A stretch of DNA of 41,381 bases from a virus (IMGVR_UViG_3300049982_000339:1-41381), one strand, 5' to 3'; shown: positions 17,996 through 27,258, counted from the first letter of the stretch. The notes: generated from the sequence alone by a model not told the origin. Program-made: numbers and translations.

Positions 17996-19684
17996 CTATT
18001 CCTCGGACATGAACATGCCTGAGCGTGGTATGGCATAGCCCAGGGTATGCCGGTACTTGCCTATGTACACGGTGTCCATGGCATCGGTAAGGTGGGGCGC
18101 CTCCTCCTGCGGTACGTTAGCCCGGTGTTCAGTTCGCTTATCCTTTACGGTCACCGTCTTGTTGTCACGTTTGCGGATAACCTCTCTTGCACCTGTACAT
18201 TGAATAGATACGATGAGCGATGCACAGTTCTCCCGGTTGTAGGTTACCGGTGGCTTACCCTCGCCGCCGCCATTATGTACCTCGTTCCACAACCTGTAAC
18301 GCGCATCATGCTCCGGTTGAGCGCTGATGTAATGTTGGCGAACCGTCCAGCCGCGCTTGATGAAGGTATTAGTCACTATGTCCGCCTGGTGGTGAATCCT
18401 TGTACCATCAGTACCGACGAATGTATTATCATAGTAGAAGTTAACGATCTTGCACTTGTGATGCTCATAGTAGTCGCATGCGTCCTCAACTACCTGGTTG
18501 ATCAATGCCGGCTTCTTAACGAAAAAGTCCTTAAGGAAATGATAGCTGTTAGGTTTCTCCTGGGCAACTACCAGGCAATTGATAGAGCTACCCGTATCCA
18601 TCCCGATATCGAGAGGCTGATCACGCCTGCAGTCACGGTCTATGCGGCTATCCTTGATAACCCCCTGTGGTAGATAGAGGCCCATTGCCTCCACATAACC
18701 GTAGTTGTAGTCGCCGCTGCGGGTATGGATGGCCGGGTTAAAGTTGGGATAGAAAGCATCAGGTACCTGGTACAACTCCTGGTTAAGCACTTGCGTTTGA
18801 AAGTCAATATCCAAACTGTCACGTTTCCATTTTTTAACTGTATCAAGGCCGATAAAGTGTATATTCTCAAGGCTGGAGCCGGCGGTATAATTTACCGTTT
18901 CCTTGCGTAATTCGTTCAGTTTACGCTCACCTGACCTGATCAGTCGCTTTAATTGTTTGATGCGCACCGGATCGGCGGCTTTAAATAATTCATACTGCAG
19001 CTTGCTAACGTAAAGCTGATAGTTAATGATCACGTTGATCAATTCTTGCATTTTGATCAGCCGGTTGCCTTTTTGCAGCTCCAGCTTCATATCGTGCTTT
19101 TTTTGAAGGATCCACTTCGCGTCCGGAGTGGTCGGCATATCGGTCATGAACAAAATACCGTGATGCCCGGCATAATCGCCAAACTCCCGGACGTTACCGC
19201 GATTGGCTTTGTCGATTTCCGAATCGAACTTTACTTTATTGATCAACTTAGCCTCATCGCCATACAATCCATCCAGCGTGTTACCGTTAGCCGATCCGGG
19301 CCTGTCCTGGCTAATTAGTTTAAAGCAGGCGCCATTCCACCAATAAATTGCGTTTTTATCTGTTTCCGGAGCATAATAAGGTAGTGGAATATTTAAATGC
19401 TTCGGCGGTTTTTGCCTAACCCAATAATGACGGTTGCGGCGATAGCCAAGGCGTTCCCATGACCGATATAAAGGCGGCAGCGTGCGATCAAGCAGTTGCA
19501 TGTAAGTAGATCCGACAATTCCGATCGCCGCCCTGGCCATGTTATTTGCCCAGTCAGATGTGCGTTTCCCGCCCGGACCTTCGGACTTTCCCCAGGAACG
19601 ACCGCATACCAGGTACTCGGTATTGGCACCGGCGAGTATAGATCTAAGCTGGCCCTTATGGAGGTATTGATTATTCGTCGTCAC
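17996..19684 (-). CDS. terL: Terminase large subunit
   Basis: Walker A GRSWGKS, Walker B LYGDE, nuclease IGMD and C-terminal PHLTDAMD. Confidence 0.92.
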   Translation of the reverse strand: MTTNNQYLHKGQLRSILAGANTEYLVCGRSWGKSEGPGGKRTSDWANNMARAAIGIVGSTYMQLLDRTLPPLYRSWERLGYRRNRHYWVRQKPPKHLNIPLPYYAPETDKNAIYWWNGACFKLISQDRPGSANGNTLDGLYGDEAKLINKVKFDSEIDKANRGNVREFGDYAGHHGILFMTDMPTTPDAKWILQKKHDMKLELQKGNRLIKMQELINVIINYQLYVSKLQYELFKAADPVRIKQLKRLIRSGERKLNELRKETVNYTAGSSLENIHFIGLDTVKKWKRDSLDIDFQTQVLNQELYQVPDAFYPNFNPAIHTRSGDYNYGYVEAMGLYLPQGVIKDSRIDRDCRRDQPLDIGMDTGSSINCLVVAQEKPNSYHFLKDFFVKKPALINQVVEDACDYYEHHKCKIVNFYYDNTFVGTDGTRIHHQADIVTNTFIKRGWTVRQHYISAQPEHDARYRLWNEVHNGGGEGKPPVTYNRENCASLIVSIQCTGAREVIRKRDNKTVTVKDKRTEHRANVPQEEAPHLTDAMDTVYIGKYRHTLGYAIPRSGMFMSEE

Positions 19685-20303
19685 CTACCACCTCCGCATC
19701 GTCAAAAGCATAAGTATCCGGCATTGCGCCTTTTGGCATGGTTAGGATCTTCATGATTCCCTCCAGGTCATCTATAACTGGTACACCGATATCAGCAGGA
19801 TCTGACACCACAAAGATTGGGGCCGGCTGTATGGCTGCATAATCCGGCCTTTCGATGTCTTCTTTATCAAAGCCCTGAACCTTACAAAGGGTGTTATAAA
19901 GGATATTCCAGGCGATGTTATCGTTTTCGCGTTCATATTTGGCAAGCATCTTCTCGCCCCATTCGATGTATTTGCCTTTGGCGTATTCTTTATCTTCACG
20001 TGGCCTTGCACTTAAAAAAAACCGTTTAGCGCGCGCAATATCATTTTCAATGGTACGTGTGCTTAATGCGTTGGCATCACCAATGGCATGATGCTTAAAG
20101 TACTGTTGCATCTCCGGAATAAGGTTTTTGGGCCGTGAGGCTTCGCCACCCTCCCTGATCTTTGCATCCGCATATTCCATCCGCTCCAGTAGCCACTGAT
20201 CCTGCAATACAAGGGTTTCAGTTTTATGGCCGATGTAAGCTTTATAAATTTTGTCTAATACATCATCAACAATAATGTCTTTTGCTCTGATCAGGCCGCT
20301 CAT
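19671..20303 (-). CDS. Putative terminase small subunit
   Basis: Overlaps terL start; HTH-like STRTIENDIARAK. Confidence 0.6.
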   Translation of the reverse strand: MSGLIRAKDIIVDDVLDKIYKAYIGHKTETLVLQDQWLLERMEYADAKIREGGEASRPKNLIPEMQQYFKHHAIGDANALSTRTIENDIARAKRFFLSARPREDKEYAKGKYIEWGEKMLAKYERENDNIAWNILYNTLCKVQGFDKEDIERPDYAAIQPAPIFVVSDPADIGVPVIDDLEGIMKILTMPKGAMPDTYAFDDAEVVGDDE

Positions 20304-20998
20304 TGCTTCGCCTCCTTTTCTATAGCTGCTATCCGGGCATCAATATCTTGCAGATCCTGCCGGCGCTGAGCTATTAGGGCCAGCGTATTGGCGAGTGGCT
20401 TATCAACTCCCTTTATCCGGTTTTCGGCTTTGTTAAGTGATTTGCGAATTGCTTCGCGCTTTTTGATGAGGTTAAGATCTACCATCACCGGTGGCGCTGG
20501 AGCCGGCTGGAGTGGCGCATGCTCTTCGCCGCCCTCGGTTAGGTAGTTGTATTTTTCCCATTGCTGAGCGTTAAGCTTACCGACATTAACCAGGTGCATG
20601 GCCAGCTCCAATAATTTCTCGCCTTCAGGTAATATTGATAATTGGGGATGTAAGCTTTGAATTTCGCCGATAGTGCGTTTGCGCTCCTGGATCAGCTTTA
20701 ACAATGCCGGAGTTTTGGCCGGGTCATTTTTTTCTAAGCTATCTGTTTCGACAGATTTAGTTATCGGCGCTGCCGGCTGATCTACCGGAGGCGGGGGAAG
20801 ATCCGGCGCCGGAGCTGCAGCTACTGCCGTATCGCGAAGCTTTACCAGGGCCTCATCAAGCTTTTGCCTGTTAATCGCGGTTTCCCCTTTTTTGAGGACT
20901 ATTTTTAAAAAGAGATCTGATCCGTACCTGGTATATATGGAAACCCCCTCAGCATAATTGCTGCCGTTGTTTAACCAGGTATTAATTGCTTCAACCAT
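20300..20998 (-). CDS. Hypothetical late protein (start revised to the ATG at 20998, 232 aa)
   Basis: ATG 41 nt from late promoter copy 4; helical domains joined by Pro-rich linkers. Confidence 0.7.
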   Translation of the reverse strand: MVEAINTWLNNGSNYAEGVSIYTRYGSDLFLKIVLKKGETAINRQKLDEALVKLRDTAVAAAPAPDLPPPPVDQPAAPITKSVETDSLEKNDPAKTPALLKLIQERKRTIGEIQSLHPQLSILPEGEKLLELAMHLVNVGKLNAQQWEKYNYLTEGGEEHAPLQPAPAPPVMVDLNLIKKREAIRKSLNKAENRIKGVDKPLANTLALIAQRRQDLQDIDARIAAIEKEAKQ

Positions 20999-21039
20999 GC
21001 CCCAAAAAAGGGGGCAGCGCAATGTTTAATAAAGGACAG
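20999..21039 (-). promoter_or_regulatory. Late promoter copy 4
   Basis: CTGTCCTTTATTAA...CTTTTTTG-GGGC-ATG; motif overlaps the stop of the upstream gene. Confidence 0.8.
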
Positions 21040-21439
21040 ACGTAGCCCTAAGTTCGGATCCTGTTAAAGAGAAGTAAAGGTTTTGCAGTTGGTGAACATA
21101 TTGTATATGCTTAAGGGCGGTGGTAAAGCCTTCTGATTTAGTTTGATATCTCACAAAGCCTTCAGATGAATATATAGCCAGCTCCCGATTTCCATGAATT
21201 GTCAACCTATATGAATCTTCCGCTGGAGTAAAACCTAACGGCAAAAGATTGAAGCGAAGAAGGGGAACTGGTACTATACCGTCAAATGGGATGTAACCGC
21301 TTGCGCCCATGTCCTGCCATTCATTCACACCGGTAAAAAGGTTAATTGATGTTATTGCAATAACGTCTCCAATGTTATTATATCCTCCAGATTTAGTCGC
21401 TTTCACAAGGTTGCCAAGTCGTATTTCATTTGCCTGCAT
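21026..21439 (-). CDS. Phage hypothetical protein (YopX-like)
   Basis: NEIRLGNLV start and IQYVHQLQNLYFSLTGSEL end; TATATTTG 4 nt before the ATG. Confidence 0.7.
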   Translation of the reverse strand: MQANEIRLGNLVKATKSGGYNNIGDVIAITSINLFTGVNEWQDMGASGYIPFDGIVPVPLLRFNLLPLGFTPAEDSYRLTIHGNRELAIYSSEGFVRYQTKSEGFTTALKHIQYVHQLQNLYFSLTGSELRATSVLY

Positions 21440-21472
21440 AAGTCAAATATAATTATTTCCTATCTTTACATC

Positions 21473-21573
21473 GCGAACGTTAATCAATACACCCAAATCG
21501 GGCTTTGTTACCCTTAATAGAGACAAGCCCGGGCATGGGTGTTTTTTTACACCCTGTATTGGTTGACGTTCGC
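21473..21573 (+). ncRNA. Candidate antisense/regulatory RNA with CI/C4-like architecture
   Basis: 19-bp closing stem fully paired with two U-G on the plus strand, enclosing two hairpins. Confidence 0.6.
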
Positions 21574-21613
21574 AAAACTTAACAAATATAGTCCCGGGCT
21601 TTATTCTCAAATC

Positions 21614-22714
21614 TCAATTGAAAACTTCTTTCCAATCGTTATAAATTCGATCGGCAATATTTGCAATCATCACCGGCGGCACACTCATGCCCAATACATA
21701 TTGGATATCACTTGCTTTTTTACTTAAAAAGTCATAATCTAAAGGAAAGGTCTGAGATAAAATCATTTCTTCAATATTCATTCGACGCGGTTCAGAAAAT
21801 AAGGTGAGCTTAGATCCCTCAGTACTGGATATTGTTGAAACCACTTTATGATCATAAATATAGGCTGAATTGAAATTACTATGCCGTCCTTCAATGCGTC
21901 TGAGTGTGTCAGAATAATCGCTGTCTCCTCGTTGCCGATATTTCCATATATATTCGTCATGTTCGCTCCAGCTTGCATTGTTGATATTATCATTCTTAAT
22001 ATTCTTAAAAGGAATTGCGGGGCAGTTGAATTTTAAGTTAAGTGCAGGAAATTCGCTAAAAAGCAGACCGGATTCTGCCGGTAGAATGGTTTTTAAGTCT
22101 TTACGAATAGCAATAAAAAAAACACGTTCACGCCTTTGTGGTACACCCATATCAACGGCTTTTAACATATATTCCTTTACTACATATCCCGCCTTGTCGA
22201 ATTCAGCTATAATCTTTTTTGCGTAATGAATAGCATTGCCATATAAGATGCCATTAACGTTTTCAGCAATTACGATTTTTGGACGGAGTTTTTCGGCGAG
22301 GCTAATAAAATCAAAAAAAAGGGTATCTAATACCTGCTCGGCTTGTCCCTCTCTAAACGTTTTTAGCTTACCCCAATCTTTTTCCCTGTTACCTGACAAG
22401 CTAAAAGAGCTACATGGAGGTGATCCGTCAAGTATATCAAGATTATAAAGTTCATCAGGATATTCGTCCCATTTAACGAAGTCTTGTATTGCTTCAATAA
22501 ATTGAAATTTAGGATTGTGATTTTTAATATAAATCCTTGCCATTTTAGGATCTATTTCATTAAAACCGATTACATCGAAGCCGGCCAGTTTGTAGCCCAT
22601 TGTAGAGCCGCCGCCGCAGGCAAAGCAAGAAAATACTTTACCTCTATCTTTGGCGAAAAGAGTGTTTTTAAAGTTCCATCGGTAATCAAATTCAGGGGTG
22701 CTTTGTGTTGTCAT
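21614..22714 (-). CDS. Orphan DNA (cytosine-5)-methyltransferase
   Basis: Motif I FACGGG, IV GSPPCSSFS, VI ENV, VIII PQRRERVF, X GMSVPP; no cognate nuclease nearby. Confidence 0.93.
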   Translation of the reverse strand: MTTQSTPEFDYRWNFKNTLFAKDRGKVFSCFACGGGSTMGYKLAGFDVIGFNEIDPKMARIYIKNHNPKFQFIEAIQDFVKWDEYPDELYNLDILDGSPPCSSFSLSGNREKDWGKLKTFREGQAEQVLDTLFFDFISLAEKLRPKIVIAENVNGILYGNAIHYAKKIIAEFDKAGYVVKEYMLKAVDMGVPQRRERVFFIAIRKDLKTILPAESGLLFSEFPALNLKFNCPAIPFKNIKNDNINNASWSEHDEYIWKYRQRGDSDYSDTLRRIEGRHSNFNSAYIYDHKVVSTISSTEGSKLTLFSEPRRMNIEEMILSQTFPLDYDFLSKKASDIQYVLGMSVPPVMIANIADRIYNDWKEVFN

Positions 22715-22768
22715 TTTTAAATTATTAAGGGTTTACGTTGGCTTTGTTACCCGAAATAATTTGAGATT

Positions 22769-22800
22769 AAAAAACCCCCGAGCCTCGCGCCAAGGGGTTT
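22769..22800 (-). terminator. Intrinsic terminator
   Basis: AAACCCCTTG...CTCGGGGGTTTTTT on the minus strand. Confidence 0.55.
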
Positions 22801-22833
22801 CCAAACAAAATGAAAAAAAGAAAAACAGGGGTA

Positions 22834-23181
22834 TTAAGATATTAAAGGCGGTATGTATGGCTGTAAGCAGTTATGCCTGAAAATGATGTTCGCCTGTCGA
22901 TATTGATGCGATATATCAGATCCAATGCTCATGCCGAAGTATTTCTTTAGACTATACACCTTTGTTTTAGGTACACGGGCTACAGCGGCCGGTAAAGCCG
23001 GCACATCAGCAAATAAATTAATTGCAGCCTGGTAAGCAACTGCCACTGTCAGGGCGGCCTTAACTACGGCGTGCTTTTCGGTTTTAACGGCCGCACCTGG
23101 TGCAGCAATCGCCGGAACACAGCTCATCATGAGTATGGCCACCAGGCAGAACGCTAAAAATTTTAATGATTTTAAAGACAT
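22834..23181 (-). CDS. Small exported protein or lipoprotein
   Basis: MSLKSLKFLAFCLVAILMMS-C signal; Ala/Val-rich. Confidence 0.55.
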   Translation of the reverse strand: MSLKSLKFLAFCLVAILMMSCVPAIAAPGAAVKTEKHAVVKAALTVAVAYQAAINLFADVPALPAAVARVPKTKVYSLKKYFGMSIGSDISHQYRQANIIFRHNCLQPYIPPLIS

Positions 23182-23224
23182 AATAAATTAACTAATGATT
23201 TGTTTAGTGATGGGCAATGTCAAA

Positions 23225-23258
23225 AAAAGAGCCTGTCTAATAAAAGACAGGCTCTTTT
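23225..23258. terminator. Intrinsic terminator with 14-bp perfect stem
   Basis: AAAAGAGCCTGTCT-AATAAA-AGACAGGCTCTTTT. Confidence 0.8.
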
Positions 23259-23261
23259 CGA

Positions 23262-23492
23262 TTATTTATCGTTAACCTTTGCCGGAACGACCGGCTTTGC
23301 GGCCGTTTCTTTTTCGATAAAGACGTTACATCCATCGGCTATCAGCTCAGCCACCTTTGCAGGGGTTACGGTTCTGATATCGATGGTGCCGTGTTTGCGG
23401 GTTTCAAAAATACCCGGTGCACCAGGTGCCAGCTTATACGTTTTTGCAACTTCCTGGTTTAATTCAATTTTATCTTCAGTTGAGATATCCAT
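23262..23492 (-). CDS. Small hypothetical late protein
   Basis: 76 aa, A-rich leader, follows the tail tube gene. Confidence 0.65.
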   Translation of the reverse strand: MDISTEDKIELNQEVAKTYKLAPGAPGIFETRKHGTIDIRTVTPAKVAELIADGCNVFIEKETAAKPVVPAKVNDK

Positions 23493-23519
23493 TGTCTTGA
23501 AAATTAATGGTTAAAAATT

Positions 23520-23540
23520 AAAAACCCCGGTTTCCCGGGG
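23520..23540 (-). terminator. Intrinsic terminator after tail tube gene
   Basis: CCCCGG-GAAA-CCGGGG-TTTTT. Confidence 0.8.
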
Positions 23541-23552
23541 GATTAGAGTTAA

Positions 23553-24092
23553 TTAAACACCTACACGAGGTAAAACTGCGGTATAGATGTAATAAGGCCT
23601 GCGGCTCGGAGCCTCAATTTCAAAGGTGATACCTTTTTCACCTTCAGGGCCAACGCCGGACTTTACAGAACCGGCAACCAAACTGGCCGGTAAACCTTTT
23701 GTTCCGGTTTGAATGTAATGATCGCCCTCTTGAGGCTCACAAAACGTTACCAGGTCAGCATTTTTGATCAGGTCATAAAAGCCTAAACACTTAGCATCAT
23801 CACCAGGATAAAAATAGGTGTTTTTAGGTTTGTGAGATTTTGCTTTACGGGCACCAACTAAAGGCGAATCAATACCGCTTTTATCATACATTACGTACAA
23901 TTCAATCAGTTTTTCGCCCGGGGCCAAAACGTGAGCAGTTGCTATAGTTACCCGATCTTCATAAGCCACAGGATTGACAATAGGCTCGGATAGTGTTGTA
24001 AATGAACTGCCAAAGCCAACATATGCCCTTTTGGTAATGCCGCCCATATTATCTACTCCGTCCGGGAATAGTACATCTTCAGAAAGATCCAT
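23553..24092 (-). CDS. Putative major tail tube protein
   Basis: 179 aa beta-rich, DNMGG start motif, strong A-rich leader and own terminator. Confidence 0.65.
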   Translation of the reverse strand: MDLSEDVLFPDGVDNMGGITKRAYVGFGSSFTTLSEPIVNPVAYEDRVTIATAHVLAPGEKLIELYVMYDKSGIDSPLVGARKAKSHKPKNTYFYPGDDAKCLGFYDLIKNADLVTFCEPQEGDHYIQTGTKGLPASLVAGSVKSGVGPEGEKGITFEIEAPSRRPYYIYTAVLPRVGV

Positions 24093-24113
24093 TATTTTAA
24101 AATTAAAGGTTAA

Positions 24114-24551
24114 TTATTCGGTTACTATTTTGGTTACAGCGCTGGATCCGCCCTCTACCAACTTTTTCTGTACGTCGGCCTTTTGGGCTATCTGTTCAGG
24201 GGTATAGTGAACATTATCCAGGTTAACACCATGCTCAACCTCATACTCATCCTTTTTAAAGGTGAATGATGGTTTTATTTTTTTACCGGTAGATAGCTGC
24301 TCAATTTTTGTTTGCAGTCCGATAACTGTATTAGCAGCCGTTTCTAATGCATCTGCCTGTTTTGCATTTTCATCTTTCAGAGCGATAACGGTTTTACCAG
24401 CCGTTTCCAACTCGGTTGCTTGCTCGGCATTTTCAGCCTCCAGTAATTTAATGTGGGCGATGGCCAGGTCAGCAGCTGCCTTTACGTTTGGCTCATCCTT
24501 GGCGTCAGCTGATATCTTGATCAGTTGCTCCAGTACGGTTTGTTTTGACAT
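24114..24551 (-). CDS. Coiled-coil head-associated protein with 21-aa tandem repeat
   Basis: ENAEQATELETAGKTVIAL / ENAKQADALETAANTVIGL; directly after the capsid gene. Confidence 0.65.
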   Translation of the reverse strand: MSKQTVLEQLIKISADAKDEPNVKAAADLAIAHIKLLEAENAEQATELETAGKTVIALKDENAKQADALETAANTVIGLQTKIEQLSTGKKIKPSFTFKKDEYEVEHGVNLDNVHYTPEQIAQKADVQKKLVEGGSSAVTKIVTE

Positions 24552-24561
24552 GTCTTTAAAT

Positions 24562-24592
24562 AAAAAGGGTGGCAGCGTAATGCCGCCACCCT
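24562..24592 (-). terminator. Intrinsic terminator after capsid gene
   Basis: AGGGTGGCGGC-ATTAC-GCTGCCACCCT-TTTT. Confidence 0.8.
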
Positions 24593-24615
24593 GGGTTTAT
24601 AATAGAATTAATTAA

Positions 24616-25722
24616 TTAGGCTTTGTCGTTGACGAATAGAACATCCATATCGGCAAACTGGAAGCACATTATCCATTTGCAAATGGTGCTGAAACCATGC
24701 AGCGTGTCCACCATTTTGCTAAAGCCGGTGATATCGCTCAACAGGTTGGTACCCATCAGGAAGTTATCAGCAAGAGTATAAATTATCATGTTTGAACCGA
24801 ACATCCAGTTACATTCGATAATTTCAACGTCGGTACCCCTTAAGAATACTTTGGTTGCATTAATCGTATCGTCCTTTATTCCAACTCCGGTACCATACAG
24901 GGTATCATAGTTCTTTTTATACGCCTGGCGCAATTTGCGTGAACAGTACATTTTACCGTTCTTTTTCTTTTGCATGGCCTCAGGGGCACCTTCGTAAACC
25001 TTTGTGAACTCGGCAACGGCATTACTAGCATCAGGAATATTTGTTGCTATAATGTTAGATGCGGCAAGGCCTCCCTGGTTAACAGGAAGTAATTTTGCTT
25101 TTTTGATTAAGGTACCCGGGCCATCGCATATAGATGCTGCAGTAACCTTTGTGAATTTGGCGGGAGTTGACTCCGGTGTTTGGCCGGCTACAGTTACGGT
25201 AACAACCTGGTAAATATGGCGCAGTTCCCCATAAGTGAAATAGTCGCCCACCTGGTAAACAACAGCGGCATCAAAGTCATCAGCATCTGACCGGTCAACG
25301 GCATTAAAAAGGGTTTCGTTTATCTCATCTGCCAGTTTAGCGAATTCCTGATCCCAAACCCATTGTGCAAAAGGTACATCTTTAGCATTCGGATCAAGCA
25401 TTTCGCTCATCCAGGTATCGCGAAGTTCTTCAGGTACAACTTCGAATATCTTCATGCCTACCTTAGGCGTTATTGTACGTTTTGACCATATGCGACCAGG
25501 TTTGTCGGCTTTGTTAACTGCAGTATCCAATGGACGGATACCACCATTCACCATTAACTTGGTAAGGTTTAACGGCGCTTTCAGGTTGTAGATCACTTTG
25601 ACCTGGCCAATGATCTCCAGCGCCTGGAGCAACTGATTACCGATCAAATCCTTACTGTATGAACCAGCATAGTTTTTGATCGCGTCAGTATTTTGCGTTA
25701 CTGAGGGGTTTAAATTTGACAT
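24616..25722 (-). CDS. Major capsid protein (HK97-like fold inferred)
   Basis: 368 aa after protease/scaffold; backbone-helix-like FAKLADEINETLFN; own terminator. Confidence 0.8.
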   Translation of the reverse strand: MSNLNPSVTQNTDAIKNYAGSYSKDLIGNQLLQALEIIGQVKVIYNLKAPLNLTKLMVNGGIRPLDTAVNKADKPGRIWSKRTITPKVGMKIFEVVPEELRDTWMSEMLDPNAKDVPFAQWVWDQEFAKLADEINETLFNAVDRSDADDFDAAVVYQVGDYFTYGELRHIYQVVTVTVAGQTPESTPAKFTKVTAASICDGPGTLIKKAKLLPVNQGGLAASNIIATNIPDASNAVAEFTKVYEGAPEAMQKKKNGKMYCSRKLRQAYKKNYDTLYGTGVGIKDDTINATKVFLRGTDVEIIECNWMFGSNMIIYTLADNFLMGTNLLSDITGFSKMVDTLHGFSTICKWIMCFQFADMDVLFVNDKA

Positions 25723-25754
25723 TTTAAATTAATTAGTAGGGGTATCGAATTGGG

Positions 25755-27203
25755 TTATTTAACAGCTGCCTTTGGCTTGAATCCGGCTTCCGCACGCATT
25801 TTCGCCATATCAGCATCGGCCTGACTAAAATGAGGGTCAACCTTAGCAGTACCCGCGATGTTGTCGGTTCCTTCCTGCTTTGTGTCCGTTGGCTCATCCG
25901 CATTTTTAGCACCATACTCAACTGCTTTTTCCTTCCAGCTATCGCGCTCTGCAGTCATAGATGTTAAAGAAGTAGCTGTTTTACCAGCTGCTGCTGAGAA
26001 TGCAGTTAATGCCTCACCAAGGGTTGGTTTGTGATTGCCTTCGCCTAAGACAGCATTTAAAGACGCTAAAGCGCTTGTGTTTGCTGACACTGCAGCTGCA
26101 GCTGTGGTTAATTCGCTGTCAAGCACCAGTGATACACCGGCAATCTCTTCAGCTTCAATTTCTGAGTTCACAGCATCCACTTGGGCACCGGTTATCTCTT
26201 CGGCCTTTTTGCCTTTCAGGGCGCTTAGGCTCTTAAATTTGTTTCCGAACATGTTATTTTGATTTGGGTTAATTGAAAGTGGGGAATCGCCAAGCTCATC
26301 GGCTCGTACGAGAATTTCATCAAATGACTTTATACCATCTATCAGGCCTATTTCCAATGCTTTTTGTGCACTGTACATCTTGCCTGTTAAAGGTTCTTGA
26401 CCAATCACTTCTTTATTTTCGCCTATAACATCAGAAAGCACCAGTTTACCGGCGCGGTTAGTTATTACAGCATTATGAAAAGTGGTAGCAAGAAAATTTA
26501 AATTCTCTTTAAGGAGGGTTTCGTCGCCATCAAGGGCATCACGATAAGCTTTGTTTTTATCAAATGATTGATCAGCATAAATATCACGGATATCTACACC
26601 GGCTTTTTTAAGGTATTCACGGAAGTCATAAAGTGATGTATAAACACCAATGCTGCCGAATGTGTCGGTTGTTTTGGTAGCGAAGATCTCAGAGCATGCC
26701 GAGCCAATCCACATAGCTGCTGATGCCATCATTCCATCATCAACAACGGCAATAACCGGTATGGATAAATTTTTAATAGTATCAGCCAGCATTTGAGTGC
26801 CATCTGCCTGGCCTCCCGGGCTATCAACATTTAAAACAATTGATTTGAATTTTCCGGAAGCTGCTATGCGGGTCAAAAGCGTTGCTTTGTCCACCATGCC
26901 ATAGCTGCACATGTCACCATACTTTAAAACCGGTCCTAAAAGATTTACTACAGCTACAGATCCTTGAGGAATATCATCAAGCCTGGAATAGACGCCAACA
27001 TTGTAATATTGGGTTGCAGAAAATGATTTAAATGCAGAAAGGGGCAACTTTGCAGTTAGCTCCTCTTCTTGTCGTTCGTTAAATCCAAAATCAACGGGCT
27101 TACCGGTATACAGATCAACAACCAAATCGATGTGGTTATGTACAAATGCCGGGTTTATTAAAAAGAAGCCTCGTTTAAGTGCCGATGCGGTTCTGAAACT
27201 CAT
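25755..27203 (-). CDS. S49 (SppA/ClpP-like) prohead protease with C-terminal scaffold domain
   Basis: LNVDSPGG, MASAAMWIGS, GSIGV motifs; Ala-rich helical C-terminus. Confidence 0.9.
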   Translation of the reverse strand: MSFRTASALKRGFFLINPAFVHNHIDLVVDLYTGKPVDFGFNERQEEELTAKLPLSAFKSFSATQYYNVGVYSRLDDIPQGSVAVVNLLGPVLKYGDMCSYGMVDKATLLTRIAASGKFKSIVLNVDSPGGQADGTQMLADTIKNLSIPVIAVVDDGMMASAAMWIGSACSEIFATKTTDTFGSIGVYTSLYDFREYLKKAGVDIRDIYADQSFDKNKAYRDALDGDETLLKENLNFLATTFHNAVITNRAGKLVLSDVIGENKEVIGQEPLTGKMYSAQKALEIGLIDGIKSFDEILVRADELGDSPLSINPNQNNMFGNKFKSLSALKGKKAEEITGAQVDAVNSEIEAEEIAGVSLVLDSELTTAAAAVSANTSALASLNAVLGEGNHKPTLGEALTAFSAAAGKTATSLTSMTAERDSWKEKAVEYGAKNADEPTDTKQEGTDNIAGTAKVDPHFSQADADMAKMRAEAGFKPKAAVK

Positions 27204-27244
27204 GATCCAATATTAAGAGCGGCGCCATCCCGCATAAAGGACAG
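27204..27244 (-). promoter_or_regulatory. Late promoter copy 5
   Basis: CTGTCCTTTATGCG...TAATATTG-GATC-ATG, 41 nt to ATG. Confidence 0.8.
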
Positions 27245-27258
27245 CGCCGTGTGGTTTT

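Noticed and set aside
17961-21507. Shared 10-mer TCGGGCTTTG between the terL hairpin and the 21473 RNA
   Set aside because: Short and typical of terminator-like stems; cannot be distinguished from chance by eye
21614-22714. Frequent CCGG/GCCGGC as the methylase target
   Set aside because: Not counted; may be host genome signature, and specificity cannot be read from the sequence
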